From Hemiscyllium ocellatum (lineage: Eukaryota), in the NCBI RefSeq assembly GCF_020745735.1, contig NC_083403.1:116268526-116332525 (forward strand): a stretch of DNA of 64,000 nucleotides. The letters are read 5' to 3'. A program made the position numbers and the translations under genes. Within the stretch, counting starts at the first letter, position 1. Each line of letters opens with the position of its first letter. Below are positions 63,003 to 64,000 of this stretch, piece after piece. Under the pieces are notes generated by a model, which saw only the letters and a list, made by a program, of their open reading frames with translations, did no database searches and was not told where the DNA came from.

Positions 63003-63808
63003 TTTTATGATCCCAATTAATGATATTGCTGACAAGTCAGATTCTAGAATTCCTGAAAAGTTATATTTATTTTACTTAACTTGATGGTCATACACTGAAA
63101 CCTAGTTGCACAATGCTGCAGAGTTTCTTTAACAACTGACTGGAAGTTTGTTACATAAAAAATAAAAACAAAAAATGTCATATAATTATAGAATACAGTC
63201 ACAAAGCTGGTCCTTTTTTTCTAAAAGCCGTTCCTTTTCTCAAGGATACTGTATCCTTAATTTTTTTTCTGAGGGGTCATAAACCAGGCCGGGCTCCAAT
63301 CAGACTGGTTTGGGACAGAGATGAAAAGGACCTTTTATTTATATGTAAACAGATGAAACTTCAGGCCAAAGTGGTCAGGTTTTAGAAGTGACCTGTATAA
63401 TCAAGGGGAGTAGTCAGCTCTCTAGCAGTTCAATTGAGTCCAGAATTAATTGGGAGATAAACAGTGAGCTGTGTGAAGATTCTCTCTCTCCTTCTGCCCT
63501 TCTAACTTCAACCCTGTAAACATCTGTTCCATTTGTATTGGTTTTTAAGGGGTTTGCTCAAGAACTATTGTGTATATTTGGAACAGCATAATTAAGTCCA
63601 GTTTGAATAGACTGAGTTCTGTGGAGGTTCTTTATTCTGTTCTTTGTGTTTCATTGTGTAATCCTGTGAATTAAATTCTGTCTATTAGTCAACCTAGCTA
63701 GCCTACACCAGGTAATTTTCACTGTTCACTTACCGAAACAAATTGCAAAGTTATGGTCTGGGTTGCCTGCTCGAGAATGTTTTGAGTATTCTGGCCTAGT
63801 CTGTAACA
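63003..63808 (+). mobile_element. Probable solo LTR
   Basis: Starts with ttttatgatccc (likely a decayed TGTTATGA), ends with TGTAACA. Internal TATA-like gtataa, ATTAAA (~63670) and a GT-rich U5-like part. TSD not evident. Confidence 0.55.
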
Positions 63809-64000
63809 ACACGGCTTAGAAAAAATTTACAGTTTTGCATCTAAACTCGCCCCAAATCTTTAAGTTTGACTCAACTGATTCTTTTCTGTGAATTGTGAAG
63901 CCTTCTTGTGTGAATACTTACAAAACTGAGCACTTAGACTTTCTCAATTTTCTAATAACTTACAGGTTTCTAGCTGAACTCTTCTGATCTGGAAGTTACA

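Overview
Eukaryotic, AT-rich, CpG-depleted vertebrate DNA with no CpG island. The repeat content (HE1-type tRNA SINEs with TCTAA tails, DeuSINE/SacSINE1-like SINEs, several CR1 families, Penelope-like elements, Tx1/L1, Gypsy) points to a cartilaginous fish, most likely a shark (inference). The only host gene I can support is the 3' end of microcephalin (MCPH1) on the + strand. It has a 238-bp exon at 7588-7825 encoding most of the last BRCT domain, a 20.3-kb last intron, and a terminal exon from 28100 (stop at 28152, AATAAA at 28420). The remaining ~36 kb is intergenic. Almost all ORFs in the supplied track are transposon fragments or noise. Most notable observations: (1) a short L1 derivative with both ends and a target-site duplication but two large internal deletions; (2) several Penelope-derived fold-back elements carrying hammerhead ribozyme core motifs; (3) inverted SINE/LINE pairs around the MCPH1 BRCT exon; (4) an unrecognised ~200-bp element present twice; (5) a tandem trimer of a minimal tRNA SINE; (6) repeat-free blocks that may be conserved enhancers. 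I found no well-supported novel multi-gene system. Repeat boundaries are approximate unless a TSD or splice site is quoted, and family names come from motif recognition, not database searches.
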